Below, piece by piece: positions 1-10,098 of a DNA stretch of 64,000 nt. Numbering within the stretch: the first letter of the stretch is position 1; each line of letters opens with the position of its first letter. The DNA lies in assembly GCA_963847625.1 (NCBI GenBank), contig CAWKAR010000045.1, positions 111,809 to 175,808 of the forward strand, written 5' to 3'. The notes under the pieces were generated by a model. The model was not told the origin of the DNA and did no database searches. It saw nothing but the letters and a program-made list of their open reading frames with translations. The position numbers and the translations under genes were made by a program. The stretch comes from a candidate division FCPU426 bacterium. Its GTDB lineage: Bacteria; Oederibacteriota; Muellerivitia; Muellerivitales; Muellerivitaceae.

Positions 1-96
1 GCCATTACACATTGGGAAAGGGCCCTGGAATTGGATCCTTCCAACGAAATCTTGAAGAATAATCTGAGGATTGTGAAGGGGAGCCCCGCTTCATGA
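1..96 (+). CDS. 3' end of a TPR-containing protein (partial, runs off window)
   Basis: Frame 1 reads AITHWERALELDPSNEILKNNLRIVKGSPAS*, a TPR-like helix pair; the stop overlaps the next ATG (ATGA at 93-96). Confidence 0.7.
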   Translation, partial: AITHWERALELDPSNEILKNNLRIVKGSPAS

Positions 97-731
97 TGAA
101 AACTCAAGAGAAATCACTTGGCGAATTACTGCGCCAAGCTGGGAAAATCACTTCCCGGCAAATTCAAGTAGCACTGGCTGAACAACGAAAAACACATGAA
201 CCCATCGGAAAAATCCTAGTGGCGCTAGGATTTGTCGAAGATAGGGATATTTTGCAGGTTATGGAAGGCATGGTGGTATTAACATTCCGGATTGAAAAAG
301 AGCTTTATGGCATAGAAACTTTTCGGACGAGAGAGGTATTGAAATTTACACCTTTAAAATCCATTACCCAATCCACGCGAAATTGGGAAGGAATTTTTTT
401 GCTTCGCGGTGAGGAAATTCCCGTGTTGTCCTTCCGGAAATACCTTGGCCTTCCGGCAGTTTCCTGCCCCAATCAGAGTTGGTTTGTCGTTCTTGAAAAA
501 AAAGGAAAGTCTTTCGCCCTTTGGGTTGATCAAGTAAAAGAGGTCACCCGCTTCAAGATTGAACAAATAGAACCTGTCCCACCATATCTTTTTGGAAAAA
601 AATCCGATTTATATTATTGTTTAGGTAAAATAAAAGATGAGCTTTATTCGATTATCAATCCCGATAAAATAATGGAGGATAGCATCCAAATGCAACAATC
701 CTCTGAGGATGACCATGTCAGCCCGACCTGA
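93..731 (+). CDS. CheW-like protein with N-terminal MshEN-like domain
   Basis: N-terminus SLGELLRQAGKITSRQIQVALAEQ...PIGKILVALGFV resembles tandem MshEN motifs; C-terminus LTFRIEKELYGI...GIFLLRGEEIPVL...LWVDQVKEV is CheW-like. Confidence 0.75.
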   Translation: MMKTQEKSLGELLRQAGKITSRQIQVALAEQRKTHEPIGKILVALGFVEDRDILQVMEGMVVLTFRIEKELYGIETFRTREVLKFTPLKSITQSTRNWEGIFLLRGEEIPVLSFRKYLGLPAVSCPNQSWFVVLEKKGKSFALWVDQVKEVTRFKIEQIEPVPPYLFGKKSDLYYCLGKIKDELYSIINPDKIMEDSIQMQQSSEDDHVSPT

Positions 732-2925
732 AACCAAAACCATTCGCGAATTAGCCCATGGAAGTGACCAAGGGGATGCATCTACCCATAACAATCTTGG
801 TGTTTTTTATTATTCAAAGGGTATGTATGCAGAAGCCATTAAAGAGTTCAAGACTGCGCTGGAAGTTGACCCGGAAAACATCCAGTCCTTGGAAAACCTC
901 AAGGCTGTCAACCGCCACACCGGCCTCTACGACCGATCCATTGAAGCCTACAAAAAATCCGTCCAAATGTTCCCCTCGGATCCCGAGGCCTGTTATAACC
1001 TCGCCAATTCCTACCGATATACAGGGCAATATGAAAAGGCTGTGGCCGAATATCAAAAAACCATCGTCTTAAATCCCGAACACCCCTTTGCACGAAACTA
1101 CCTTGGTATAACCTATAAGTGCATGGGGCAATTAGAGGATGCCATAAAGGAATTTAAGAAGGCCATCGAGGATAATCCCTATTTTGCTGACCTTCACAAC
1201 AATTTGGGCGAAGTCTATTACAAAAAAGCCATGCTCAATGAAGCCCTCGTTGAGTTCAAAAAAGCTATTTCACTCAATCCCGATTATGCCATTGCCCATT
1301 ACAACCTGAGTTTCGTTTACGGCGACAAGAATATGATGGACGAAGCCGAAAGAGAGTTTAAAAAAGCTGTCGATTTGAATCCGAATTACGGGCAGGGGGC
1401 TCAGACACTTTTATCGATAGAACGATCAAAAAGCATGGAGGAAAAAGTCGCCGAAAAGATAGCTTCCCAGCCTCCTACCTCTGCTGTGGAAACATACTTG
1501 AGCCTTGCCTCCGCTTATCGGGGGAAAGGACTTCTCGATGAGGCGATCCGGGAGTACAAAAGAGCCCTTGAAGTTATACCTAATGAAGAAAAATCATATC
1601 GATCTTTGGGAGAAATCTATCTCCAGAAGGGAATGATGGAAGATGCTTTGATGTCCTTCCAAAAGGCCATCGATATTTCCCCTGGCAATATCGAAAATTA
1701 CATTCAACGCGGCATCGCTCTTCGAGAGTTGAATCGGGTTGATGCGTCGGTCGATGAATTCCTAAAAGCCATTGATCTTTCACCTGATTCCAGCATGGCT
1801 CATTTTGAACTCGGAGTGACATACTTTAAAATGGGTGAAAGTGATAAAGCCACGCGAGAAGTCCGGCGCGCCTTGGAAATTGATCCGGAGAACGCCGAAG
1901 CACATTATTACCTTGGCGTTTATTACTACAAAGTCAATCTTTATGACGAAGCCATCCGTGAAATCACTCAAGCAGTTGAACTGGATGTTTCCATCGCCTC
2001 AAGTGCGGAAGCTCTGATATATTTAGGTTTGGCTCTTGCCGATAAGGGCCGATTTGAAGAAGCAATCGCCGAGTACAAGAAGGCGATGGAATTGGATTCA
2101 AAAAATCCCATCATACATAACAGTTTGGGAGTGGCTTATAAAAACGCTGGTATGATCGAAGAAGCTATCCAACATTATCAGAAAGCTATCTCTCTAAATC
2201 CCCAATATGCTAAGGCTTATAACAATCTAGGTGTAGTTTATTTCAAGATGAGCCAGTATGAAAAAGCAATCGAAACGTTCAAAAAAGCTGTTGAAATCGA
2301 GCCGGAATACAAAACCGCACAAAACAATCTTTCGGTGGCTATGAAAAAAAGAAGTGTTCTTTCCGAAGCGTCAGAAGTCTTGATTAAGCAGATCATGGCT
2401 GATCCGGAAAATTACTCCTTGCACCAAAACCTTGGGATACTTTATAAAAACACAGGACAGTTTTCCGAAGCCGTTCGCGAGTTCCAAGAGACCATTCACT
2501 TAAGTCCGAAAAACCGGGAAGCCCTTACACAACTAGGCGAAACCCACCTCCAACTCGGGCAGTTGGACGAGGCGGTCAAAATTCTCGCCAGAGCGATTTC
2601 CTGCGATCCGGCGCATCCGGACGCACATTTGCAATTGGGAAAGGTTTATATCCAACGACAGTGGTGGGACGAGGCACTTGTGGAATTGAAGAAAAGCCTT
2701 GAAGGTAATACGGGTATGGCGGAAGTCTATTACTATCTCGGCCAAGTCTACCGCTTTAAGGGCTGGTGGGATGACGCCATTCAAAAATTCCAGATGTACC
2801 TAGATTCATCCAATACTGAAGAAGACAAGGTCATCCAATCCATTGATATAATCCAACAAATCCAAGTTTGGAGAAAAGAACTACAAGTTTCTCCAAGCGG
2901 GGATAAGTCAAAATATATAAAATAG
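709..2925 (+). CDS. Long tetratricopeptide-repeat protein
   Basis: Many 34-aa repeats such as AYNNLGVVYFKMSQYEKAIETFKKAVEIEP span almost the whole 738 aa. Confidence 0.9.
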   Translation: MTMSARPETKTIRELAHGSDQGDASTHNNLGVFYYSKGMYAEAIKEFKTALEVDPENIQSLENLKAVNRHTGLYDRSIEAYKKSVQMFPSDPEACYNLANSYRYTGQYEKAVAEYQKTIVLNPEHPFARNYLGITYKCMGQLEDAIKEFKKAIEDNPYFADLHNNLGEVYYKKAMLNEALVEFKKAISLNPDYAIAHYNLSFVYGDKNMMDEAEREFKKAVDLNPNYGQGAQTLLSIERSKSMEEKVAEKIASQPPTSAVETYLSLASAYRGKGLLDEAIREYKRALEVIPNEEKSYRSLGEIYLQKGMMEDALMSFQKAIDISPGNIENYIQRGIALRELNRVDASVDEFLKAIDLSPDSSMAHFELGVTYFKMGESDKATREVRRALEIDPENAEAHYYLGVYYYKVNLYDEAIREITQAVELDVSIASSAEALIYLGLALADKGRFEEAIAEYKKAMELDSKNPIIHNSLGVAYKNAGMIEEAIQHYQKAISLNPQYAKAYNNLGVVYFKMSQYEKAIETFKKAVEIEPEYKTAQNNLSVAMKKRSVLSEASEVLIKQIMADPENYSLHQNLGILYKNTGQFSEAVREFQETIHLSPKNREALTQLGETHLQLGQLDEAVKILARAISCDPAHPDAHLQLGKVYIQRQWWDEALVELKKSLEGNTGMAEVYYYLGQVYRFKGWWDDAIQKFQMYLDSSNTEEDKVIQSIDIIQQIQVWRKELQVSPSGDKSKYIK

Positions 2926-2931
2926 GTAAAA

Positions 2932-3270
2932 ATGAAACTACTTCTTTGTGTCATTTCGCCGAAAAAAATCGAACAGGTAAAAAAGGCCCTATGGGAAGCG
3001 GGCGTGAGAGGTGTTACTCTATCAGAAGGATCGGGTTACGGTTATCAAAAGGTCCAAGTAGATTCGGTTCGCGGAACTGATTACAAGGTACAATATCAAG
3101 ACCGCATCCGTTTGGAAATTGTTTTACCGGATGACGAAGTGGAAGCGGTCATTGACTTGCTGTTGGATAACATCCGGACTGGAAGAATCGGGGACGGGAA
3201 GTTATTTGTTCTTCCGGTTGAGGAGGTTATCCGCGTTCGGACTGGCGAGAGGGGAGAAAGTGGATTATAA
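2932..3270 (+). CDS. P-II family signalling protein (GlnB/GlnK-like, divergent)
   Basis: 112 aa; TGRIGDGKLF B-loop, RVRTGE C-loop, Tyr51 in the T-loop. Confidence 0.9.
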   Translation: MKLLLCVISPKKIEQVKKALWEAGVRGVTLSEGSGYGYQKVQVDSVRGTDYKVQYQDRIRLEIVLPDDEVEAVIDLLLDNIRTGRIGDGKLFVLPVEEVIRVRTGERGESGL

Positions 3271-3359
3271 AACCGTATTCCTTTGTTGAAATACGGAATT
3301 ATTAAAGGTTTTGTCTTTCGTGTAATTCGGAATGGAAATTTCCGTTGAAGGAGGGTGTG

Positions 3360-3722
3360 GTGGCCCATCGTGTTTTAATCGTCGACGACGCTTCGTTTAT
3401 GCGGATGATGTTAAAAAACATTTTAGTGGGTGCAGGCTATGAGGTGGCAGGAGAAGCTGAAAACGGATCAAAGGCAATTGAACAGTTCATGGCCCTAAAA
3501 CCTGATCTGACCATTATGGATATCATTATGCCTGAAATGGGTGGTATTGATGCCGTGCGAGAAATTATCAAAAACGTGCCAAACGCGAAAATTCTGATTT
3601 GCAGTTCTATGGGCCAGCAGTCACTGGTCGTAGAAGCCATACAAGCCGGCGCGAAAGATTATATCGTAAAACCGTTCCAACCATCCAATGTGCTGGAAGC
3701 GGTAAAAAAGGCCTTGGCGTGA
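3360..3722 (+). CDS. cheY: Chemotaxis response regulator CheY
   Basis: VLIVDDASFMR, MDIIMPEMGG, KPF motifs; GTG start after an AGGAGG RBS (start uncertain). Confidence 0.9.
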   Translation: MAHRVLIVDDASFMRMMLKNILVGAGYEVAGEAENGSKAIEQFMALKPDLTIMDIIMPEMGGIDAVREIIKNVPNAKILICSSMGQQSLVVEAIQAGAKDYIVKPFQPSNVLEAVKKALA

Positions 3723-3770
3723 TGACTGGTCTTTTGATCCTTTCCGGATGGAGATTTTTGGTATGAAGGG

Positions 3771-4418
3771 ATGAATCCTATGGGTAAGGAATCGGAATCT
3801 TTTTCGGAACTTCAATTGGACGCTCTTCGCGAAATAGGTAATGTGGGGGCCGGTAATGCTGCAACCGCTCTTTCTCAAATGGTGGGGCGACCCATTGAAA
3901 TGTCCGTTACTCGTGTGAAGGTTCTTCCCACAGAAGAGATCGCGAAATTCCTGGGCGGAATGGAAAAAAATGTTGCCGCCGTCCATATGCCCGTTTATGG
4001 AGATATTTCCGGCGTTGTCCTTATATTCTTTCCTATTGAAGTATTACCTGGTTTGGCAGTTTCCTTACTTCAAAGGGAAATAACAACGACAACCGACCTC
4101 ATGGAATTGGACCGATCCGCTATCAAAGAATTAGGAAGCATTTTAACTGGTTCTTATTTGAGTGCTTTGTTCCGCTTTGTCCAAGTTCAAATGATTCATG
4201 GGGTTCCTACCCTTGTTATCGACATGGCCCAAGCAATACTAGATACAGTACTGGTCGACCTGGAGCAAAAAGAGGAAATCGCTATTGTGATTGAAACAGA
4301 GTTTTTGGAGAAAGATCGAAAAATTACCGGTAGTTTCTTTCTATTACCTGAAACCGGCACTTTGAAAAGATTTTTTACCTCATTTTCAAAGTCAATTGGG
4401 TCACTCGGTGATGTATGA
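3771..4418 (+). CDS. cheC: CheY-P phosphatase CheC
   Basis: LDALREIGNVGAGNAATALSQM signature; adjacent to cheD. Confidence 0.9.
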   Translation: MNPMGKESESFSELQLDALREIGNVGAGNAATALSQMVGRPIEMSVTRVKVLPTEEIAKFLGGMEKNVAAVHMPVYGDISGVVLIFFPIEVLPGLAVSLLQREITTTTDLMELDRSAIKELGSILTGSYLSALFRFVQVQMIHGVPTLVIDMAQAILDTVLVDLEQKEEIAIVIETEFLEKDRKITGSFFLLPETGTLKRFFTSFSKSIGSLGDV

Positions 4419-4896
4419 AACGGATAGGGTGGTTGGAATTGCCGAATATTTAACCGCTCAGAATCCTGACCGACTAGTGGCATATGGTTTAGGTTCTTGT
4501 GTAGGAATAGCATTATATGACCCTAGGCTTAAATTGGGCGGTTTGGCACACGCCATGCTGCCATTGAGTCAGTTTCACCCACAATCCAAGTCACGTGGGA
4601 AATTTGTCGACACCGCTTTAGAAGAGCTTTTAGGAATAATGAAAAAGGTGGGGGGGCGCCAAAAACGTTTGCAAGCTAAGCTGGTTGGAGGTGCGAATAT
4701 GTTTACCTCGATTGTTAGGAATCCCCTTCCTATTGGGCTCCGAAATATCATGGCCGCCAGAGAAATATTAAAAAATTACCAAATTCCCATCGTTAGCGAG
4801 GAGGTGGGAGGGATGCAGGGACGAACGATGTTCTTTTCTCTATCCGATGGAAGAATTCAGATAAGGAAATTAAACCAGGTGGATCAATGGATTTGA
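4411..4896 (+). CDS. cheD: Chemoreceptor glutamine deamidase CheD
   Basis: GLGSCVG, GGLAHAMLP, AKLVGGANMF, IGLRN, VGGMQGRT motifs. Confidence 0.92.
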   Translation: MYETDRVVGIAEYLTAQNPDRLVAYGLGSCVGIALYDPRLKLGGLAHAMLPLSQFHPQSKSRGKFVDTALEELLGIMKKVGGRQKRLQAKLVGGANMFTSIVRNPLPIGLRNIMAAREILKNYQIPIVSEEVGGMQGRTMFFSLSDGRIQIRKLNQVDQWI

Positions 4897-5051
4897 CAAA
4901 AGTGTTTTGTAATTTAAAAGTTTAAGCTTTAAAAACAATAATATTGATTAAAAAATCAAAAAGAACTTGAATAGAAAATATTTTGATTGATCGCTTCTTT
5001 TTTTTCTGACTTAGATCTGTTTTATATCAACGCAAAGGAGTGAATTGACGG

Positions 5052-5567
5052 ATGGCCACAGAGGTGTCAGAAGTTGTCAATACATCTTCACAGGAAAGCA
5101 CTCAAACTCAGCTGGTAGTTTTCGCGCTTTCGAGTTGTTTATTCGGCGCGGGGATTCGACAGGTCCGAGAGATTATCCGTTTGACCGAAATGACACTGGT
5201 CCCCAAGACACCCGCATTCGTAGAAGGAATCATCCATTTACGGGGAAAGATCATTCCTATCATGGACTTGAAAAAGCGTTTTGGAATGCCACTTATAGAA
5301 TATACCCCTGAAAGCCGAATTCTTATCATGGATTGGCAGGAACAGACGATGGGTCTTTTGGTAGACAAGGTTTTAGAGATTGGGCGCATTGCTCCCGATA
5401 CTCTTGTTCCGGTTACTGAACCTATTTTGGATATTAACGAGACTTTTTTTGAGGGGAGGTTGAAGTGGAGGGAGCAAATGGTTTTACTGTTAAACTTGGA
5501 AAAGGTATTTTGGTTTGAAGGCTGGAAAATATTACCGGAATACGAGATGAATTCCCAGGAGGAGTAA
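5052..5567 (+). CDS. cheW: Chemotaxis coupling protein CheW
   Basis: QLVVFAL...VREII...VPKTPAFVEGIIHLRGKIIPIMDLKKRF...GLLVDKV. Confidence 0.92.
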   Translation: MATEVSEVVNTSSQESTQTQLVVFALSSCLFGAGIRQVREIIRLTEMTLVPKTPAFVEGIIHLRGKIIPIMDLKKRFGMPLIEYTPESRILIMDWQEQTMGLLVDKVLEIGRIAPDTLVPVTEPILDINETFFEGRLKWREQMVLLLNLEKVFWFEGWKILPEYEMNSQEE

Positions 5568-5570
5568 CCC

Positions 5571-5933
5571 TTGGCTTATCGAGTTTTATTCGTCGACGAT
5601 TCGTCTTTTATGCGCACCATCCTGAAGGGAATTATTTTGAAAGAACCTTTTGTTTTAGCGGGGGAAGCCTCCAATGGCAAGGAAGCATTAGAAATTTTCA
5701 AAAAGGAAAATCCCGATTTGGTAACCATGGACATTGTCATGCCCGAAATGGATGGTATTGAAGCCGTGCGTCAGATCCGAGCCCTTAAACCTGATGCAAA
5801 AATCATCATGGTTAGCGCAATGGGACAACAAAGCATGGTGATTGACGCCATTCAGGCAGGCGCTCGTGATTTTATTATTAAACCCTTTCAACCACCCCGT
5901 GTCCAAGAAGCTTTGAAGAGAGTGATGGGCTAA
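5571..5933 (+). CDS. cheY: Chemotaxis response regulator CheY (second copy)
   Basis: VLFVDDSSFMR, PDLVTMDIVMPEMDG, SAMGQ, KPF; TTG start. Confidence 0.9.
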   Translation: MAYRVLFVDDSSFMRTILKGIILKEPFVLAGEASNGKEALEIFKKENPDLVTMDIVMPEMDGIEAVRQIRALKPDAKIIMVSAMGQQSMVIDAIQAGARDFIIKPFQPPRVQEALKRVMG

Positions 5934-5971
5934 GGTATAAATAAAGATCGGGATATTTCCCAGGAGATTTC

Positions 5972-7072
5972 ATGCCCGCTGAAAAAAATCCCACCGTACG
6001 GGTTCTGGTGGTGGACGATTCTTTTTTCATCCGGAAAATTCTATCAGAAATTCTCAATGCACCCGGAAACAATATAATCGTTTTAGATACAGCCCAAGAC
6101 GGTTTAGAAGCCGTAAAAAAAGCAAAAGATTTAAAGCCGGATGTGATTACTCTTGATATTGAAATGCCCCGCCTGAATGGTATCGCTGCTCTTGAAAAAA
6201 TCATGATGGAAAATCCAACTCCCGTGGTCATGCTTTCAAGCCATACGGGGAAGGGCACCGAAGCCACTCTTCGTGCTCTTGAAATCGGCGCTGTGGATTG
6301 CGTCTTAAAACCATCGGCCAAACCTCTTGTGGATTTGCGAAGTATCCAGCAGGAATTAGTGGAAAAAATTAAAATGGCCGCACTTTGCCGCCCACGTTTT
6401 GGTCATTTGAATCTGGGCGGGATGTTGTCCACCGCTTTAGAAACTGCGCCTACAACGGTTTCACAGCCATTTGAAGGGTTGGGAATTTCGGAACAACCTG
6501 CCCAATTCTTAATTACTGTTGCATCTTCAACCGGCGGTCCCAGGGCTTTAAACGAATTTTTTTCGAAAATTGAGACCAATCCTTTAAACGCTTTCCTAAT
6601 CGTCCAGCATATTCCGGTGGGTTTCACCAAAGCATTGGCAAAACGCCTCTGCGAAGTTAGCGCCATGATGATCACGGAGGCGATGGATGAAGAAATTATA
6701 TTGGGGGGACATGCTTACGTAGCCCGGGCGGGAAGTCATTTAACCGTGACCGGAAAACCTGGAAATTTCAAGCTGGCCTTGAATGACTTACCTCCCCGTC
6801 TCGGAGTAAAACCTTCCGCGGACATCCTTATGAACTCGGTCGCCAAGGCCGCGGGAATTCGTTGTGCGGGTGTGATTTTGACTGGGATGGGCCGGGATGG
6901 GACCGCCGGGTTGAAGGAAATCCGTTTAGTTGGGGGCAAAACCTTCGCGCAAGACGCGGAAAGCTGTGTTATTTACGGTATGCCCAAATCAGCAGTGGAA
7001 TCGGGAGTGGTGGATCGCCAGTTGCCTCTGGACCAATTGGCCCGAGAGTTGAATATTCTGTTCAAGGGGTAA
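5972..7072 (+). CDS. cheB: Protein-glutamate methylesterase CheB (REC + methylesterase)
   Basis: REC domain followed by SSTGGP, VQHIP, LTGMGRDG, YGMPK motifs. Confidence 0.95.
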   Translation: MPAEKNPTVRVLVVDDSFFIRKILSEILNAPGNNIIVLDTAQDGLEAVKKAKDLKPDVITLDIEMPRLNGIAALEKIMMENPTPVVMLSSHTGKGTEATLRALEIGAVDCVLKPSAKPLVDLRSIQQELVEKIKMAALCRPRFGHLNLGGMLSTALETAPTTVSQPFEGLGISEQPAQFLITVASSTGGPRALNEFFSKIETNPLNAFLIVQHIPVGFTKALAKRLCEVSAMMITEAMDEEIILGGHAYVARAGSHLTVTGKPGNFKLALNDLPPRLGVKPSADILMNSVAKAAGIRCAGVILTGMGRDGTAGLKEIRLVGGKTFAQDAESCVIYGMPKSAVESGVVDRQLPLDQLARELNILFKG

Positions 7073-7141
7073 TAATGGAACCATTAAATTGTTTTAGGAT
7101 GAAATGCAACTACTCAGACAATTCTTGACGGGAGTCGGATT

Positions 7142-9226
7142 TTGAACGGAAACGAATACAAGGATGTTTTCCTCAACGAAGCAAGAGAATACCTTTCTTC
7201 ACTGAACAACGCCCTCGTGGTTTTAGAAAAAGATCCCACACAAATTGAACCCATTCGGGAAATATTCCGAGTGGCCCATACAATGAAAAGTATGTCCGCT
7301 ACCATGGGTTATGAACCCATGTCACGTCTTACCCATCAGATGGAATCTGTCATGGAACCAATACGCTCCGGCTCGGGTTTCCTATCATCAAGGTTAGTGG
7401 ACAGCCTTTTTTCTTGCCTCGACCAATTGGAAAACTGGATTAAAACGCTAGAAACCCAGGATGAAATCAAGGAAGGAGATTTGGAAAAGAAATTAAATAT
7501 GCTTAAAGAGAATGCCGGGGAGAAAGTCCCGGGGCCCGTTTCAACTCCCGCTGGCGCAGTTTCCCCTGACGAAATATTTCCGTTTCAAATTTCCGATTCT
7601 GAAGAAGAAGTTCTTTCCCAGGCTAGAATGAGCGGATTTTTTGTGTATGAAATTAACGTTGTGCTTGATCCGGAATGTGTATTCAAGGAAGCCCGGGCTT
7701 TTTTAGTGCTCCGAACCGTCAACGAGCTTGGGGAAATTGTAAAATCAAGCATATCTCCGAAAGATTTGGAAAAAGGCCAATTTGATAGGAGATTTTGCCT
7801 TATCGTGGTATCGGAAAAATCCAAAGAAAGTATTAAGGAAGCTATTTTAGGAATTTCCGAAATTCAACATGTGCGAGTGGAAAATTTCCAACAGGGGATA
7901 AAAGAAACGGTGGACCCCTTGCCCAATAACGAAGTACAGTTCCCGTCAACCGTTGAACAAAGTGGTTCCGCCCTGACGGAAGAAAAAACATATATCCTTT
8001 CCACAGTCCGGGTACACACCTCGAAACTCGATAAACTCATGGCTTTAGTGCAGGAATTAATGATTTCAAAAAGCCGATTTGAACAGGTGATTCGCACGAA
8101 CGCCATAAAGGAATTGGTTGAACCACTCTCCCGGCTTAATTTCATCACCGATGAGCTCCAGGACGAGATCATGAAAGTCCGTTTAATCCCAGTAAAACAA
8201 ATATTCGAACGCTTTCCACGGATGGTTCGTGATTTGGCTAAAACCTTGGACAAGAAAATAAATCTGGAAATAGAAGGCGCCGAGGTGGAACTAGATCGGA
8301 CTGTTATTGACGAAATTAGTGAGCCCCTTGTTCACTTGCTTAGAAACGCGGTAGACCATGGCATTGAGCACTCCGATGAACGTGTACGGGAGAGAAAGGA
8401 AGCCTTCGGTACGATTCGTCTCCAGGCAAAACGTGACCGATCCTACGTGATAATTTCCGTTTCTGACGACGGACGGGGAATCGACCCGGAAAAAATACGC
8501 CAAACTTCTGTTGCGAAGGGATTAATATCAGCTGAAGATGCATTGAAATTGACCGACGAGGAGGCCTTGCGCTTGATTGGTCTTCCGGGCTTTTCCACCG
8601 TAGAAAAACCAACGGAAATCTCTGGACGCGGGGTTGGCGTAGAAGTAGTGAAAACCCGGGTCGAAGCGATGGGAGGAAGCTTTCGCATTCTCAGCCGAAA
8701 GGGCCAGGGGACAACGATGATTCTCCGCTTTCCATTAACCTTAGCCATTATTAAAGTCCTGCTTGTTAAATGTGACGAGGAAACATTTGCTATTCCCGTC
8801 GTAAACGTCGTGGAAACCATTGATTTGATTCCGGCCGAAATCAAAGTGGTACAACAACAGGAAACATTCGTTTTGAGGGACGAAGTCATACCACTTTATC
8901 AGCTTCATGATTTGTTGGAATTGGAAGGCACCCTTGAAAGAATAAACTTGAATGATTATGAGTCTTTGATTATCGCTGAGGTTGGGGATTCAAGAATCGG
9001 TATTAAGGTTGACCAGATTCTCAGCCAACAGGAAGTGGCTATTAAATCACTCGATAAAGCGCTGAAGGGAATCAGGGGTTTTTCAGGCGCCACCATACTG
9101 GGTAATGGGGAAATCGCCCTCATATTGGATATTAACGGCTTAGTGGAAGACCTTAAAGATCGGCGGATTCGTGCCGATTCATTTTATCCACGGAAGGGGA
9201 TTCACCATGTTACCCAATCTCGATGA
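7142..9226 (+). CDS. cheA: Chemotaxis histidine kinase CheA
   Basis: P1 IFRVAHTMKSM, P2 domain, HLLRNAVDHGIE, DDGRGID, SGRGVG, C-terminal CheW-like P5; TTG start. Confidence 0.95.
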   Translation: MNGNEYKDVFLNEAREYLSSLNNALVVLEKDPTQIEPIREIFRVAHTMKSMSATMGYEPMSRLTHQMESVMEPIRSGSGFLSSRLVDSLFSCLDQLENWIKTLETQDEIKEGDLEKKLNMLKENAGEKVPGPVSTPAGAVSPDEIFPFQISDSEEEVLSQARMSGFFVYEINVVLDPECVFKEARAFLVLRTVNELGEIVKSSISPKDLEKGQFDRRFCLIVVSEKSKESIKEAILGISEIQHVRVENFQQGIKETVDPLPNNEVQFPSTVEQSGSALTEEKTYILSTVRVHTSKLDKLMALVQELMISKSRFEQVIRTNAIKELVEPLSRLNFITDELQDEIMKVRLIPVKQIFERFPRMVRDLAKTLDKKINLEIEGAEVELDRTVIDEISEPLVHLLRNAVDHGIEHSDERVRERKEAFGTIRLQAKRDRSYVIISVSDDGRGIDPEKIRQTSVAKGLISAEDALKLTDEEALRLIGLPGFSTVEKPTEISGRGVGVEVVKTRVEAMGGSFRILSRKGQGTTMILRFPLTLAIIKVLLVKCDEETFAIPVVNVVETIDLIPAEIKVVQQQETFVLRDEVIPLYQLHDLLELEGTLERINLNDYESLIIAEVGDSRIGIKVDQILSQQEVAIKSLDKALKGIRGFSGATILGNGEIALILDINGLVEDLKDRRIRADSFYPRKGIHHVTQSR

Positions 9227-9821
9227 TTTAACCCCTTCCCAGTTGGACGCTTTGAAGGAGGTTGGGAATATAGGTGCTGGGCATGGGGCGACAGCTCTTT
9301 CTCAACTTTTAAGGAAAAAAATTCTAATAACGGTTCCAAAGGCCAATATTCTCGCCTTTTCAGATGTACCCAAATTAATGGGAGACCCGAATACCTTGGT
9401 TGCAGGCTTGGTCTTGAATATTCTTGGGGATGCTACCGGGAAAATACTTTTATTATTCCCAAGGGATTCTGCCCTTCATTTAGCCGATTTACTCTTGAAA
9501 CAACAAGTGGGTACCAGCCAGATCCTAACTGAAATGGGACATTCCGCAATCAAGGAGGCTGGAAATATCCTAACGGGAGCCTATTTGAGCGCGTTAAATG
9601 AATTTTTAGGAATGCTCTTGTTGATTTCCGTGCCTACACTTGTCTTTGACATGGCTGGAGCCCTATTGACCACTATCACCCAGGGAATGGAGGACGTAAC
9701 AAAGGTCATTTGTATTGAAACACAATTTATCGATTCCAACGAGGTGGTGGGTGGCTATTTCATTTTGGTTCCAGATGCCACTTCCTTGAGGGCTATATTT
9801 CAGGCTATTAAATTGAGATAA
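9207..9821 (+). CDS. cheC: CheY-P phosphatase CheC (second copy)
   Basis: LDALKEVGNIGAGHGATALSQLL and SAIKEAGNIL sites. Confidence 0.9.
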   Translation: MLPNLDDLTPSQLDALKEVGNIGAGHGATALSQLLRKKILITVPKANILAFSDVPKLMGDPNTLVAGLVLNILGDATGKILLLFPRDSALHLADLLLKQQVGTSQILTEMGHSAIKEAGNILTGAYLSALNEFLGMLLLISVPTLVFDMAGALLTTITQGMEDVTKVICIETQFIDSNEVVGGYFILVPDATSLRAIFQAIKLR

Positions 9822-10098
9822 ATTTAGAATAAGTATCAAACTTCTCTTTTATTCAGCCTAATCGTTAATTGTGTACCAGCTGTTCAATTATCTTGTTCCA
9901 CATAAGGCGATACTTTATTTTATGTTATTTCGGCTACCAGCGAATAGTCACAAATCTTTTACGTTAAACAACCGGGGTTCTGGGAATTCAAATATTATGA
10001 TAAATGAAAGTATTCATCGTAAAAAGAACAGTGTACTATTTGAAAAAATCTGATCGAATAACCCTGATAATAAAACAATAACGGTTGGGAAGGACTTT

